Assembly: GCA_964016885.1 (NCBI GenBank)
Contig: OZ024741.1
Span: 129,332,001-129,396,000, forward strand
Origin: Eledone cirrhosa
Taxonomy: Eukaryota
Direction: 5' to 3'
DNA: 64,000 nt
Made by a program: the position numbers and the translations under genes
The notes under the pieces: generated by a model
What the model was told of the DNA's origin: nothing
The model's database searches: none
Seen by the model: only the letters and a program-made list of their open reading frames with translations
Shown here: one piece after another, positions 28,101 to 43,100 of the stretch
How the letters are laid out: each line of letters opens with the position of its first letter
How positions within the stretch are numbered: the first letter of the stretch is position 1

Positions 28101-31100
28101 CTCACCATCTTTCTCTCTCACAATATCTCACCATCTTTCTCTCTCACAATATCTCACCATCTTTCTCTCTCACAATATCTCACCATCCTTCTCTCTCACA
28201 ATATCTCACCATCTTTCTCTCTCACAATATCTCACCATCTTCTCTCTCACAATATCTCACCATCTTTCTCTCTCACAATATCTCACCATCTTTCTCTCTC
28301 ACAATATCTCACCATCTTTCTCTCTCACAATATCTCACCATCTTTCTCTCTCACAATATCTCACCACCTTTCTCTCTCACAATATCTCACCATCTTTCTC
28401 TCTCACAATATCTCACCATCTTCTCTCTCACAATATCTCACCACCTTTCTCTCTCACAATATCTCACCATCTTTCTCTCTCACAATATCTCACCATCTTT
28501 CTCTCTCACAATATCTCACCATCTTTCTCTCTCACAATATCTCACCAACTTCTCTCTCACAATATCTCCCATCTTTCTCTCTCACAATATCTCACCATCT
28601 TTCTCTCTCACAATATCTCACCACCTTTCTCTCTCACAATATCTCACCATCTTTCTCTCACAAATCTCACCATCTTTCTCTCTCACAATATCTCACCATC
28701 TTTCTCTCTCACAATATCTCACCATCTTTCTCTCTCCAATATCTCACCATCTTTCTCTCTCACAATATCTCACCACTCTTCTCTCTCACAATATCTCACC
28801 ACCTTCCTCTCACAATATCTCACCATCTTTCTCTCACAATATCTCACCATCTTTCTCTCTCACAATATCTCACCATCTTTCTCTCTCACAATATCTCACC
28901 ATCTTCTCTCTCACAATATCTCACCATCTTTCTCTCTCACAATATCTCACCACCTTTCTCTCTCACAATACTCACCATCTTTCCTCTCACAATATCTCAC
29001 CATCTTCACTCTCACAATATCTCACCACCTTTCTCTCTCACAATATCTCACCATCTTCTCTCTCACAATATCTCACCATCTTTCTCTCTCACAATATCTC
29101 ACCATCCTTCTCTCTCACAATATCTCACCACTTTCTCTCTCACAATATCTCACCATCTTCTCTCTCACAATATCTCACCATCTTTCTCTCTCACAATATC
29201 TCACCATCTTTCTCTCTCACAATATCTCACCAACTTTCTCTCTCACAATATCTCACCATCTTCTCTCTCAATACTCACCATCTTACTCTCTCACAATACT
29301 CACCACCTTCTCTCTCACAATATCTCACCACCACTTTCTCTCTCACAATATCTCACCATCTTCTCTCTCACAATATCTCACCAACCTTTCTCTCTCACAA
29401 TATCTCACCATCTTCTCTCTCACAATATCTCACCAACTTCTCTCTCACAATATCTCACCATCTTCCTCTCACATATCACCACCTTTCTCTCTCACAATAT
29501 CTCACCATCTTTCTCTCTCACAATATCTCACCACCTTTCTCTCTCACAATATCTCACCATCTTTCTCTCTCACAATATCTCACCATCTTTCTCTCTCACA
29601 ATATCTCACCATCTTCTCTCTCACAATATCTCACCATCTTTCTCTCTCACAATATCTCACCATCTTCTCTCTCACAATATCTCACCACTTCTCTCTCACA
29701 ATATCTCACCACCTTTCTCTCTCACAATATCTCACCACCTTTCTCTCTCACAATATCTCACCATCTTTCTCTCACAATATCTCACCACCTTCTCTCTCAC
29801 AATATCTCACCATCTTTCTCTCTCACAATATCTCACCATCTTTCTCTCTCACAATATCTCACCATCTTCTCTCTCACAATATCTCACCACCTTTCTCTCT
29901 CACAATATCTCACCATCTTCTCTCTCACAATATCTCACCACCTTCTCTCTCACAATATCTCACCATCTTTCTCTCTCAATATCTCACCAACTTTCTCTCA
30001 CAATATCTCACCAACTTTCTCTCTCACAATATCTCACCATCTTCTCTCTCACAATATCTCACCATCTTTCTCTCTCACAATATCTCACCACATCTCTCTC
30101 ACAAATCTCACCATCTTTCTCTCTCACAATATCTCACCATCTTTCTCTCTCACAATATCTCACCATCTTTCTCTCTCACAATATCTCACCATCTTCTCTC
30201 TCACAATATCTCACCATCTTTCTCTCTCACAATATCTCACCATCTTTCTCTCTCACAATATCTCACCATCTTCTCTCTCACAATATCTCACCACCTTTCT
30301 CTCTCACAATATCTCACCATCTTTCTCTCTCACAATATCTCACCATCTTTCTCTCTCACAATATCTCACCATCTTCTCTCTCACAATATCTCACCATCTT
30401 TCTCTCTCACAATATCTCACCATCTTTCTCTCTCACAATATCTCACCATCTTTCTCTCTCACAATATCTCACCACCTTTCTCTCTCACAATATCTCACCA
30501 TCTTTCTCTCTCTCAATATCTCACCATCTTTCTCTCTCACAATATCTCACCAACTTTCTCTCTCACAATATCTCACCACCTTTCTCTCTCACAATATCTC
30601 ACCATCTTCTCTCTCACAATATCTCACCATCTTTCTCTCACAATATCTCACCATCTTCTCTCTCACAATATCTCACCATCTTTCTCTCACAATATCTCAC
30701 CATCTTTCTCTCTCACAATATCTCACCATCTTTCTCTCTCACAATATCTCACCACCTTTCTCTCTCACAATATCTCACCACTCTTTCTCTCTCACAATAT
30801 CTCACCATCTTTCTCTCACAATATCTCACCATCTTTCTCTCACAATATCTCACCATCTTTCTCTCTCACAATATCTCACCAATCTTCTCTCACAATATCT
30901 CACCAACTTTCTCTCTCACAATATCTCACCATCTTTCTCTCTCACAATATCTCACCATCTTTCTCTCTCACAATATCTCACCATCTTTCTCTCTCACAAT
31001 ATCTCACCATCTTTCTCTCTCACAATATCTCACCATCTTCTCTCACAATATCTCACCATCATTCTCTCTCACAAATCTCACCATCTTCTCTCTCACAATA

Positions 31101-34100
31101 TCTCACCATCTTTCTCTCTCACAATATCTCACCATCTTTCTCTCTCACAATATCTCACCACCTTTCTCTCTCACAATATCTCACCATCTTTCTCTCTCTC
31201 AATATCTCACCATCTTTCTCTCTCACAATATCTCACCACCTTTCTCTCTCACAATATCTCACCATCTTTCTCTCTCACAATATCTCACCATCTTTCTCTC
31301 TCACAATATCTCACCACCTTTCTCTCTCACAATATCTCACCATCTTTCTCTCTCACAATATCTCACCATCTTTCTCTCTCACAATACTCACCACCTTCTC
31401 TCTCACAATATCTCACCATCTTTCTCTCACAATATCTCACCATCTTTCTCTCACAATATCTCACCTTCTTTCTCTCTCACAATATCTCACCATCTTTCTC
31501 TCTCACAATATCTCACCACCTTTCTCTCTCTCAATATCTCACCATCTTTCCTCTCTCTCAATATCTCACCATCTTTCTCTCTCTCAATATCTCACCATCT
31601 TTCTCTCTCACAATATCTCACCATCTTTCTCTCACAATATCTCACCATCTTTCTCTCTCACAATATCTCACCTTCTTTCTCTCTCACAATATCTCACCAT
31701 CTTTCTCTCTCACAATATCTCACCATCTTTCTCTCTCACAATATCTCACCATCTTTCTCTCTCACAATATCTCACCATCTTTCTCTCTCACAATATCTCA
31801 CCATCTTTCTCTCTCTCAATATCTCACCATCTTTCTCTCACAATATCTCACCATCTTTCTCTCTCACAATATCTCACCATCTTTCTCTCTCACAATATCT
31901 CACCATCTTTCTCTCTCTCAATATCTCACCATCTTTCTCTCACAATATCTCACCATCTTTCTCTCTCTCAATATCTCACCATCTTTCTCTCTCACAATAT
32001 CTCACCATCTTTCTCTCTCACAATATCTCACCATCTTTCTCTCTCACAATATCTCACCATCTTTCTCTCTCACAATATCTCACCATCTTTCTCTCTCACA
32101 ATATCTCACCATCTTTCTCTCTCACAATATCTCACCATCTTTCTCTCTCACAATATCTCACCATCTTTCTCTCTCACAATATCTCACCATCTTTCTCTCT
32201 CACAATATCTCACCATCTTTCTCTCTCACAATATCTCACCATCTTTCTCTCTCACAATATCTCACCATCTTTCTCTCTCACAATATCTCACCATCTTTCT
32301 CTCTCTCAATATCTCACCATCTTTCTCTCTCACAATATCTCACCATCTTTCCTCTCTCACAATATCTCACCATCTTTCTCTCTCACAATATCTCACCACC
32401 TTTCTCTCTCACAATATCTCACCATCTTTCCTCTCTCACAATATCTCACCACCTTTCTCTCTCAATATCTCACCATCTTTCTCTCTCTCAATATCTCACC
32501 TTCTTTCTCTCTCACAATATCTCACCACCTTTCTCTCTCACAATATCTCACCATCTTTCTCTCTCACAATATCTCACCATCTTTCTCTCTCTCAATATCT
32601 CACCATCTTTCTCTCTCTCAATATCTCACCATCTTTCTCTCTCACAATATCTCACCATCTTTCTCTCTCACAATATCTCACCATCTTTCTCTCTCTCAAT
32701 ATCTCACCATCTTTCTCTCTCACAATATCTCACCATCTTTCTCTCACAATATCTCACCATCTTTCTCTCTCTCAATATCTCGCCCTTCTTTCTCTCTCTC
32801 AATATCTCACCTTCTTTCTCTCTCTCAATATCTCACCATCTTTCTCTCTCTCAATATCTCACCATCTTTCTCTCACAATATCTCACCATCTTTCTCTCTC
32901 ACAATATCTCACCATCTTTCTCTCTCACAATATCTCACCATCTTTCTCTCTCACAATATCTCACCATCTTTCTCTCTCACAATATCTCACCATCTTTCTC
33001 TCTCACAATATCTCACCATCTTTCTCTCTCTCAATATCTCACCATCTTTCTCTCTCACAATATCTCACCATCTTTCTCTCTCACAATATCTCACCATCTT
33101 TCTCTCTCACAATATCTCACCATCTTCTCTCTCACAATATCTCACCATCTTTCTCTCTCACAATATCTCACCATCTTTCTCTCTCACAATATCTCACCAT
33201 CTTCTCTCACAATATCTCACCATCTTTCTCTCTCAATATCTCACCATCTTTCTCTCTCACAATATCTCACCATCTTCTCTCTCTCAATATCTCACCATCT
33301 TTCTCTCTCACAATATCTCACCATCTTTCTCTCTCTCAATATCTCACCATCTTTCTCTCTCTCAATATCTCACCATCTTTCTCTCTCTCAATATCTCACC
33401 ATCTTTCTCTCACAATATCTCACCATCTTTCTCTCTCACAATATCTCACCTTCTTTCTCTCTCACAATATCTCACCTTCTTTCTCTCTCACAATATCTCA
33501 CCATCTTTCTCTCTCACAATATCTCACCTTCTTTCTCTCTCACAATATCTCACCATCTTTCTCTCTCACAATATCTCACCATCTTTCTCTCTCACAATAT
33601 CTCACCATCTTTCTCTCACAATATCTCACCATCTTTCTCTCACAATATCTCACCATCTTTCTCTCTCACAATATCTCACCATCTTTCTCTCTCACAATAT
33701 CTCACCATCTTTCTCTCTCACAATATCTCACCATCTTCTCTCTCACATATCTCACCACCTTTCTCTCTCACAATATCTCACCATCTTTCTCTCTCACAAT
33801 ATCTCACCATCTTCTCTCTCATAATATCTCACCATCTTTCTCTCTCACAATATCTCACCACCTTTCTCTCTCACAATATCTCACCATCTTTCTCTCTCAC
33901 AATATCTCACCATCTTTCTCTCTCACAATATCTCACCATCTTTCTCTCTCACAATATCTCACCATCTTTCTCTCTCACAATATCTCACCATCTTTCTCTC
34001 TCACAATATCTCACCATCTTTCTCTCACAATATCTCACCATCTTTCTCTCTCACAATATCTCACCATCTTTCTCTCTCACAATATCTCACCATCTTTCTC

Positions 34101-37100
34101 TCTCACAATATCTCACCTTCTTTCTCTCTCACAATATCTCACCTTCTTTCTCTCTCACAATATCTCACCATCTTTCTCTCTCAATATCTCACCATCTTTC
34201 TCTCTCACAATATCTCACCATCTTTCTCTCTCAATATCTCACCATCTTTCTCTCACAATATCTCACCATCTTTCTCTCTCACAATATCTCACCATCTTTC
34301 TCTCTCACAATATCTCACCACCTTTCTCTCTCACAATATCTCACCATCTTTCTCTCACAATATCTCACCATCTTTCTCTCTCACAATATCTCACCATCTT
34401 TCTCTCTCACAATATCTCACCATCTTTCTCTCTCACAATATCTCACCACCTTTCTCTCTCACAATATCTCACCATCTTTCTCTCTCAATATCTCACCATC
34501 TTTCTCTCACAATATCTCACCATCTTTCTCTCTCACAATATCTCACCATCTTTCTCTCTCACAATATCTCACCATCTTTCTCTCTCACAATATCTCACCA
34601 CCTTTCTCTCTCACAATATCTCACCATCTTTCTCTCTCACAATATCTCACCACCTTTCTCTCTCACAATATCTCACCATCTTCTCTCTCACAATATCTCA
34701 CCATCTTTCTCTCTCACAATATCTCACCATCTTTCTCTCACAATATCTCACCTTCTTTCTCTCTCACAATATCTCACCTTCTTTCTCTCTCACAATATCT
34801 CACCACCTTTCTCTCTCACAATATCTCACCACCTTTCTCTCTCACAATATCTCACCATCTTTCTCTCACAATATCTCACCATCTTTCTCTCACAATATCT
34901 CACCATCTTTCTCTCTCACAATATCTCACCATCTTTCTCTCACAATATCTCACCTTCTTTCTCTCTCACAATATCTCACCATCTTTCTCTCTCACAATAT
35001 CTCACCATCTTTCTCTCTCACAATATCTCACCATCTTTCTCTCTCACAATATCTCACCATCTTTCTCTCACAATATCTCACCATCTTTCTCTCACAATAT
35101 CTCACCATCTTTCTCTCACAATATCTCACCTTCTTTCTCTCTCACAATATCTCACCATCTTTCTCTCTCACAATATCTCACCATCTTTCTCTCTCACAAT
35201 ATCTCACCATCTTTCTCTCTCAATATCTCACCATCTTTCTCTCTCACAATATCTCACCATCTTTCTCTCACAATATCTCACCTTCTTTCTCTCTCACAAT
35301 ATCTCACCATCTTTCTCTCTCACAATATCTCACCACCTTTCTCTCTCTCCATATCTCACCATCTTTCCTCTCTCTCAATATCTCACCATCTTTCTCTCTC
35401 ACAATATCTCACCACCTTTCTCTCTCTCAATATCTCACCATCTTTCCTCTCTCTCAATATCTCACCATCTTTCCTCTCTCTCAATATCTCACCATCTTTC
35501 TCTCTCACAATATCTCACCACCTTTCTCTCTCTCAATATCTCACCATCTTTCCTCTCTCTCAATATCTCACCATCTTTCTCTCTCACAATATCTCACCAC
35601 CTTTCTCTCTCTCAATATCTCACCATCTTTCCTCTCTCTCAATATCTCACCATCTTTCTCTCTCTCAATATCTCACCACCTTTCTCTCTCACAATATCTC
35701 ACCATCTTTCTCTCACAATATCTCACCATCTTTCTCTCTCTCAATATCTCACCATCTTTCTCTCTCACAATATCTCACCATCTTTCTCTCTCACAATATC
35801 TCACCATCTTTCTCTCTCTCAATATCTCACCTTCTTTCTCTCTCACAATATCTCACCATCTTTCTCTCTCTCAATATCTCACCATCTTTCTCTCTCACAA
35901 TATCTCACCTTCTTTCTCTCTCACAATATCTCACCATCTTTCTCTCTCACAATATCTCACCTTCTTTCTCTCTCACAATATCTCACCATCTTTCTCTCTC
36001 ACAATATCTCACCATCTTTCTCTCTCACAATATCTCACCATCTTTCTCTCTCACATCTTTCTCTCACAATATCTCACCATCTTTCTCTCTCTCAATATCT
36101 CACCATCTTTCTCTCTCACAATATCTCACCATCTTTCTCTCACAATATCTCACCATCTTTCTCTCACAATATCTCACCATCTTTCTCTCTCTCAATATCT
36201 CACCTTCTTTCTCTCTCTCAATATCTCATCTTCTTCTCTCTCTCAATATCTCACCATCTTTCTCTCTCTCAATATCTCACCATCTTTCTCTCACAATATC
36301 TCACCATCTTTCTCTCTCACAATATCTCACCATCTTTCTCTCTCACAATATCTCACCATCTTTCTCTCTCACAATATCTCACCATCTTTCTCTCTCACAA
36401 TATCTCACCATCTTTCTCTCTCTCAATATCTCACCATCTTTCTCTCTCACAATATCTCACCATCTTTCTCTCTCACAATATCTCACCATCTTTCTCTCTC
36501 ACAATATCTCACCATCTTTCTCTCTCACAATATCTCACCATCTTTCTCTCTCACCATCTTTCTCTCACAATATCTCACCATCTTTCTCTCTCTCAATATC
36601 TCACCATCTTTCTCTCTCACAATATCTCACCATCTTTCTCTCACAATATCTCACCATCTTTCTCTCACAATATCTCACCATCTTTCTCTCTCACAATATC
36701 TCACCTTCTTTCTCTCTCTCAATATCTCACCTTCTTTCTCTCTCTCAATATCTCACCATCTTTCTCTCTCTCAATATCTCACCATCTTTCTCTCACAATA
36801 TCTCACCATCTTTCTCTCTCACAATNNNNNNNNNNNNNNNNNNNNNNNNNNNNNNNNNNNNNNNNNNNNNNNNNNNNNNNNNNNNNNNNNNNNNNNNNNN
36901 NNNNNNNNNNNNNNNNNNNNNNNNNNNNNNNNNNNNNNNNNNNNNNNNNNNNNNNNNNNNNNNNNNNNNNNNNNNNNNNNNNNNNNNNNNNNNNNNNNNN
37001 NNNNNNNNNNNNNNNNNNNNNNNNNCACACCACACACCCCACAACACACGACCCATCACTCCCCCAATCTAACCACTCACCCCTCATCACACCCCACAAA

Positions 37101-40100
37101 CACTCCCCACTCACCCCACAAACCCACACCACACTCCTCAACTCACCACCTCTCTCCCCATCAAACACTCCCTACAAACCCATCTACACACTCCAACACC
37201 CCACATCTCTCTCACCCACTCACCACAAACACAATCACCCTCAATCACCCCCCAATATCACACTCCTCACACACACACTACCTCTCACATCACTCCCACT
37301 TCTCTCTCAACTCACTCCCTCAATACTCACACCAACTCACCCTCAAACACACTCTCTCACCCCTCATACTCACTCTCCACTCACACCCCACTATACACTC
37401 ATCTCTCCCATAACCTCCCCGCTTCTCACTCTCCCATCACTCTACCTCTCACTTCTTCTCTCTCACACTCTCCCCATCATTCTCTCTCACATATCACCCC
37501 ACTCTCATCTCATCTCCCACTCACTCCCAATAACTCACCATCTTTTCTCTCTCTAATCTCACCTTCTTTCTCTCTCCACTATCTCACCTCGTTCTCTCTC
37601 ACTCACCCTCTTCCTCTCTCACAATCACCCTATCACTCTCTCATAACTCACCACTTCTCTCTCTCCTATCCCCAGCTTTCACTCTCATAACTCACCTCTT
37701 CTCTCTCAATATCTCACCATCTTTCTCTCTCACACATCTCCCCAACTTTCTCTCTCATATCTCACCACTTTCTCTCTCAATATCTCACCATCTTTCTCTC
37801 TCACAATATCTCACATCTTTCTCTCTCACAATATCTCACTCTTCTCTCTCTCATACTCACCTTCTTACTCTCTCTCCACCTAATCTCACCTCTTTCTTCT
37901 CACATATCTCACCATCTTTCTCTCTCTCAATATCTCACCATCTTCTCTCTCACAATATCTCACCATCTTTCTCTCTCAATATCTCACCATCTTTCTCACT
38001 CAATATCTCACCATCTTTCTCTCTCACATATCTCACCATCTTTCTCTCTCTCAATATCACACCTTCTTTCTCTCTCTCAATATCTCACCATCTATCTCTC
38101 TCTCAATATCTCACCATCTTTCTCTCTCAATATCTCACCATCTTTCTCTCTCACAATATCTCACCTTCTTTCTCTCTCAATATCTCACCATCTTTCTCTC
38201 TCTCAATATCTCACCTTCTTTCTCTCTCAATATCTCACCATCTTTCTCTCTCTCAATATCTCACCTTCTTTCTCTCTCTCAATATCTCACCTCTTTCTCT
38301 CTCTCAATATCTCACCATCTTCTCTCTCTCAATATCTCACCTTCTTTCTCTCTCCATATCTCACCCTTCTTCTCTCTCTCAATATCTCACCTTCTTTCTC
38401 TCTCAATATCTCACACTTCTCTCTCAATATCTCCTTCTTCTCTCTCAATATCTCACCATCTTCTCTCTCAATATCTCACCTTCTTTCTCTCTCTCAATAT
38501 CTCACCTTCTTTCTCTCTCACAATATCTCACCATCTTTCTCTCTCTCAATATCTCACCATCTTTCTCTCTCCAATATCTCACCATCTTCTCTCTCTCAAT
38601 ATCTCACCATCTTTCTCTCTCAAATCTCACCATCTTTCTCTCTCTCAATATCTCACCTTCTTCTCTCTCTCAATATCTCACCATCTTTCTCTCTCAATAT
38701 CTCACCTTCTTCTCTCTCTCAATATCTCACCTCTTCTCTCTCTCAATATCTCACCTTCTTCTCTCTCTCAATATCTCACCTTCTTTCTCTCTCTCAATAT
38801 CTCACCATCTTTCTCTCCTCAATATCTCACCATCTTTCTCTCTCTCAATATCTCACCTCTTCTCTCTCTCAATATCTCACCTTCTTTCTCTCTCTCAATA
38901 TCTCACCTTCTTCTCTCTCTCAATATCTCACCTTCTTTCTCTCTCACAATATCTCACCATCTTTCTCTCTCTCAATATCTCACCATCTTTCTCTCTCAAT
39001 ATCTCACCTTCTTTCTCTCTCTCAATATCTCACCTTCTTTCTCTCTCAATATCTCACCATCTTCTCTCTCAATATCTCACCATCTTTCTCTCTCTCAATA
39101 TCTCACCTTCTTTCTCTCTCTCAATATCTCACCTTCTTCTCTCTCTCAATATCTCACCATCTTTCTCTCTCTCAATATCTCACCTCTTTCTCTCTCAATA
39201 TCTCACCTTCTTTCTCTCTCTCAATATCTCACCATCTTCTCTCTCAATATCTCACCATCTTTCTCTCTCTCAATATCTCACCATCTTTCTCTCTCAATAT
39301 CTCACCTTCTTCTCTCTCTCAATATCTCACCTTCTTCTCTCTCAATATCTCACCTTCTTTCTCTCTCTCAATATCTCACCTTCTTTCTCTCTCTCAATAT
39401 CTCACCTTCTTCTCTCTCAATATCTCACCATCTTTCTCTCTCAATATCTCACCATCTTTCTCTCTCTCAATATCTCACCATCTTTCTCTCTCTCAATATC
39501 TCACCTTCTTTCTCTCTCTCAATATCTCACCTTCTTTCTCTCTCTCAATATCTCACCATCTTTCTCTCTCAATATCTCACCATCTTCTCTCTCTCAATAT
39601 CTCACCATCTTTCTCTCTCTCAATATCTCACCTCTTTCTCTCTCTCAATATCTCACCATCTTTCTCTCTCTCAATATCTCACCTTCTTCTCTCTCTCAAT
39701 ATCTCACCATCTTTCTCTCTCTCAATATCTCACCATCTTTCTCTCTCAATATCTCACCATCTTTCTCTCTCCATATCTCACCATCTTTCTCTCTCTCAAT
39801 ATCTCACCTTCTTTCTCTCTCTCAATATCTCACCATCTTTCTCTCTCAATATCTCACCATCTTCTCTCTCTCAATATCTCACCATCTTTCTCTCTCACAA
39901 TATCTCACCATCTTTCTCTCTCACAATATCTCACCATCTTCTCTCTCTCAATATCTCACCATCTTCTCTCTCTCAATATCTCACCATCTTCTCTCTCACA
40001 ATATCTCACCATCTTTCTCTCTCTCAATATCTCACCATCTTCTCTCTCTCAATATCTCACCATCTTTCTCTCTCTCAATATCTCACCATCTTTCTCTCTC

Positions 40101-43100
40101 TCAATATCTCACCATCTTTCTCTCTCTCAATATCTCACCATCTTCTCTCTCTCAATATCTCACCATCTTTCTCTCTCTCAATATCTCACCATCTTTCTCT
40201 CTCTCATATCTCACCATCTTTCTCTCTCAATATCTCACCATCTTTCTCTCTCTCAATATCTCACCTTCTTCTCTCTCTCAATATCTCACCATCTTTCTCT
40301 CTCACAATATCTCACCATCTTTCTCTCTCAATATCTCACCATCTTTCTCTCTCTCAATATCTCACCATCTTTCTCTCTCTCAATATCTCACCACTTTCTC
40401 TCTCAATATCTCACCATCTTTCTCTCTCAATATCTCACCATCTTTCTCTCTCATATCTCACCTTCTTTCTCTCTCAATATCTCACCATCTTTCTCTCTCT
40501 CAATATCTCACCATCTTCTCTCTCTCAATATCTCACCATCTTTCTCTCTCTCAATATCTCACCATCTTTCTCTCTCAATATCTCACCATCTTTCTCTCTC
40601 AATATCTCACCATCTTCTCTCTCTCAATATCTCACCATCTTTCTCTCTCTCAATATCTCACCATCTTTCTCTCTCAATATCTCACCATCTTTCTCTCTCT
40701 CAATATCTCACCATCTTCTCTCTCAATATCTCACCATCTTCTCTCTCAATATCTCACCATCTTTCTCTCTCACATATCTCACCATCTTTCTCTCTCTCAA
40801 TATCTCACCATCTTTCTCTCTCAATATCTCACCATCTTTCTCTCTCTCAATATCTCACCATCTTCTCTCTCTCAATATCTCACCATCTTCTCTCTCACAA
40901 TATCTCACCATCTTTCTCTCTCTCAATATCTCACCATCTTTCTCTCTCTCAATATCTCACCATCTTCTCTCTCAATTCTCACCATCTTCTCTCACAATAT
41001 CTCACCATCTTTCTCTCTCTCAATATCTCACCATCTTTCTCTCTCACAATATCTCACCATCTTCTCTCTCTCAATATCTCACCTTCTTTCTCTCTCACAA
41101 TATCTCACCATCTTTCTCTCTCTCATATCTCACCATTTCTCTCTCAATATCTCACCACCTTTCTCTCTCAATATCTCACCACTTCTCTCAATATCTCACC
41201 ATCTTTCTCTCTCACAATATCTCACCATCTTTCTCTCACAATATCTCACCTTCTTTCTCTCTCTCAATATCTCACCATCTTCTCTCTCTCAATATCTCAC
41301 CTTCTTTCTCTCTCACAATATCTCACCATCTTTCCTCTCTCAATATCTCACCATTTCTCTCTCAATATCTCACCTCTTTCTCTCTCATATCTCACCATCT
41401 TTCTCTCTCTCAATATCTCACCATCTTTCTCTCTCTCAATATCTCACCTTCTTTCTCTCTCTCAATATCTCACCATCTTTCTCTCTCAATATCTCACATC
41501 TTTCTCTCTCAATATCTCACCATCTTTCTCTCTCTCAATATCTCACCATCTTTCTCTCTCACAATATCTCACTTCTTTCTCTCTCACAATATCTCACCAT
41601 CTTCTCTCTCAATATCTCACCATCTTCTCTCTCACAATATCTCACCTTCTTTCTCTCTCCAATATCTCACCATCTTTCTCTCTCTCAATATCTCACCATC
41701 TTCTCTCTCACAATATCTCACCTTCTTCTCTCTCTCAATATCTCACCATTTTCTCTCTCTCAATATCTCACCATCTTCTCTCTCAATATCTCACCATCTT
41801 CTCTCTCACAATATCTCACCATCTTTCTCTCTCAATATCTCACCATCTTCTCTCTCAATATCTCACCATCTTCTCTCTCTCAATATCTCACCATCTTTCT
41901 CTCTCACAATATCTCACCATCTTTCTCTCTCACAATATCTCACCATCTTCTCTCTCAATATCTCACCATCTTCTCTCTCCAATATCTCACCATCTTTCTC
42001 TCTCTCAATATCTCACCATCTTTCTCTCTCAATATCTCACCATCTTCTCTCTCTCAATATCTCACCTTCTTTCTCTCTCTCAATATCTCACCTTCTTTCT
42101 CTCTCAATATCTCACCATCTTTCTCTCTCTCAATATCTCACCTTCTTTCTCTCTCTCAATATCTCACCATCTTTCTCTCTCTCAATATCTCACCTTCTTT
42201 CTCTCTCAATATCTCACCTTCTTTCTCTCTCAATATCTCACCATCTTTCTCTCTCTCAATATCTCACCTTCTTTCTCTCTCTCAATATCTCACCTTCTTT
42301 CTCTCTCAATATCTCACCTTCTTCTCTCTCAATATCTCACCTTCTTTCTCTCTCTCAATATCTCACCTTCTTCTCTCTCACAATATCTCACCTTCTTTCT
42401 CTCTCAATATCTCACCATCTTTCTCTCTCTCAATATCTCACCTTCTTTCTCTCTCAATATCTCACCATCTTTCTCTCTCATATCTCACCTTCTTTCTCTC
42501 TCTCAATATCTCACCATCTTCTCTCTCACAATATCTCACCATCTTTCTCTCTCAATATCTCACCATCTTCTCTCTCTCAATATCTCACCATCTTTCTCTC
42601 TCTCAATATCTCACCATCTTCTCTCTCTCAATATCTCACCTTCTTTCTCTCTCAATATCTCACCATCTTCTCTCTCACAATATCTCACCATCTTCTCTCT
42701 CTCAATATCTCACTTCTTTCTCTCTCTCAATATCTCACTTCTTTCTCTCTCTCAATATCTCACCTTCTTTCTCTCTCAATATCTCACCATCTTTCTCTCT
42801 CTCAATATCTCACCATCTTCTCTCTCTCAATATCTCACCATCTTCTCTCTCAATATCTCACCTTCTTTCTCTCTCTCAATATCTCACCTTCTTTCTCGCT
42901 CATATCTCACCATCTTCTCTCCTCAATATCTCACCATCTTTCTCTCTCACAATATCTCACCTTCGTTCTCTCTCTCAATATCTCACCTTCTTTCTCTCTC
43001 ACAATATCTCACCTTCTTTCTCTCTCATATTCTCACCATCTTTCTCTCTCTCAATATCTCACCTTCTTCTCTCTCAATATCTCACCATCTTCTCTCTCTC

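Noticed and set aside
37026-37900. Distinct CA-rich sequence after the gap
   Set aside because: It grades smoothly into the satellite and looks like low-quality contig-end consensus.
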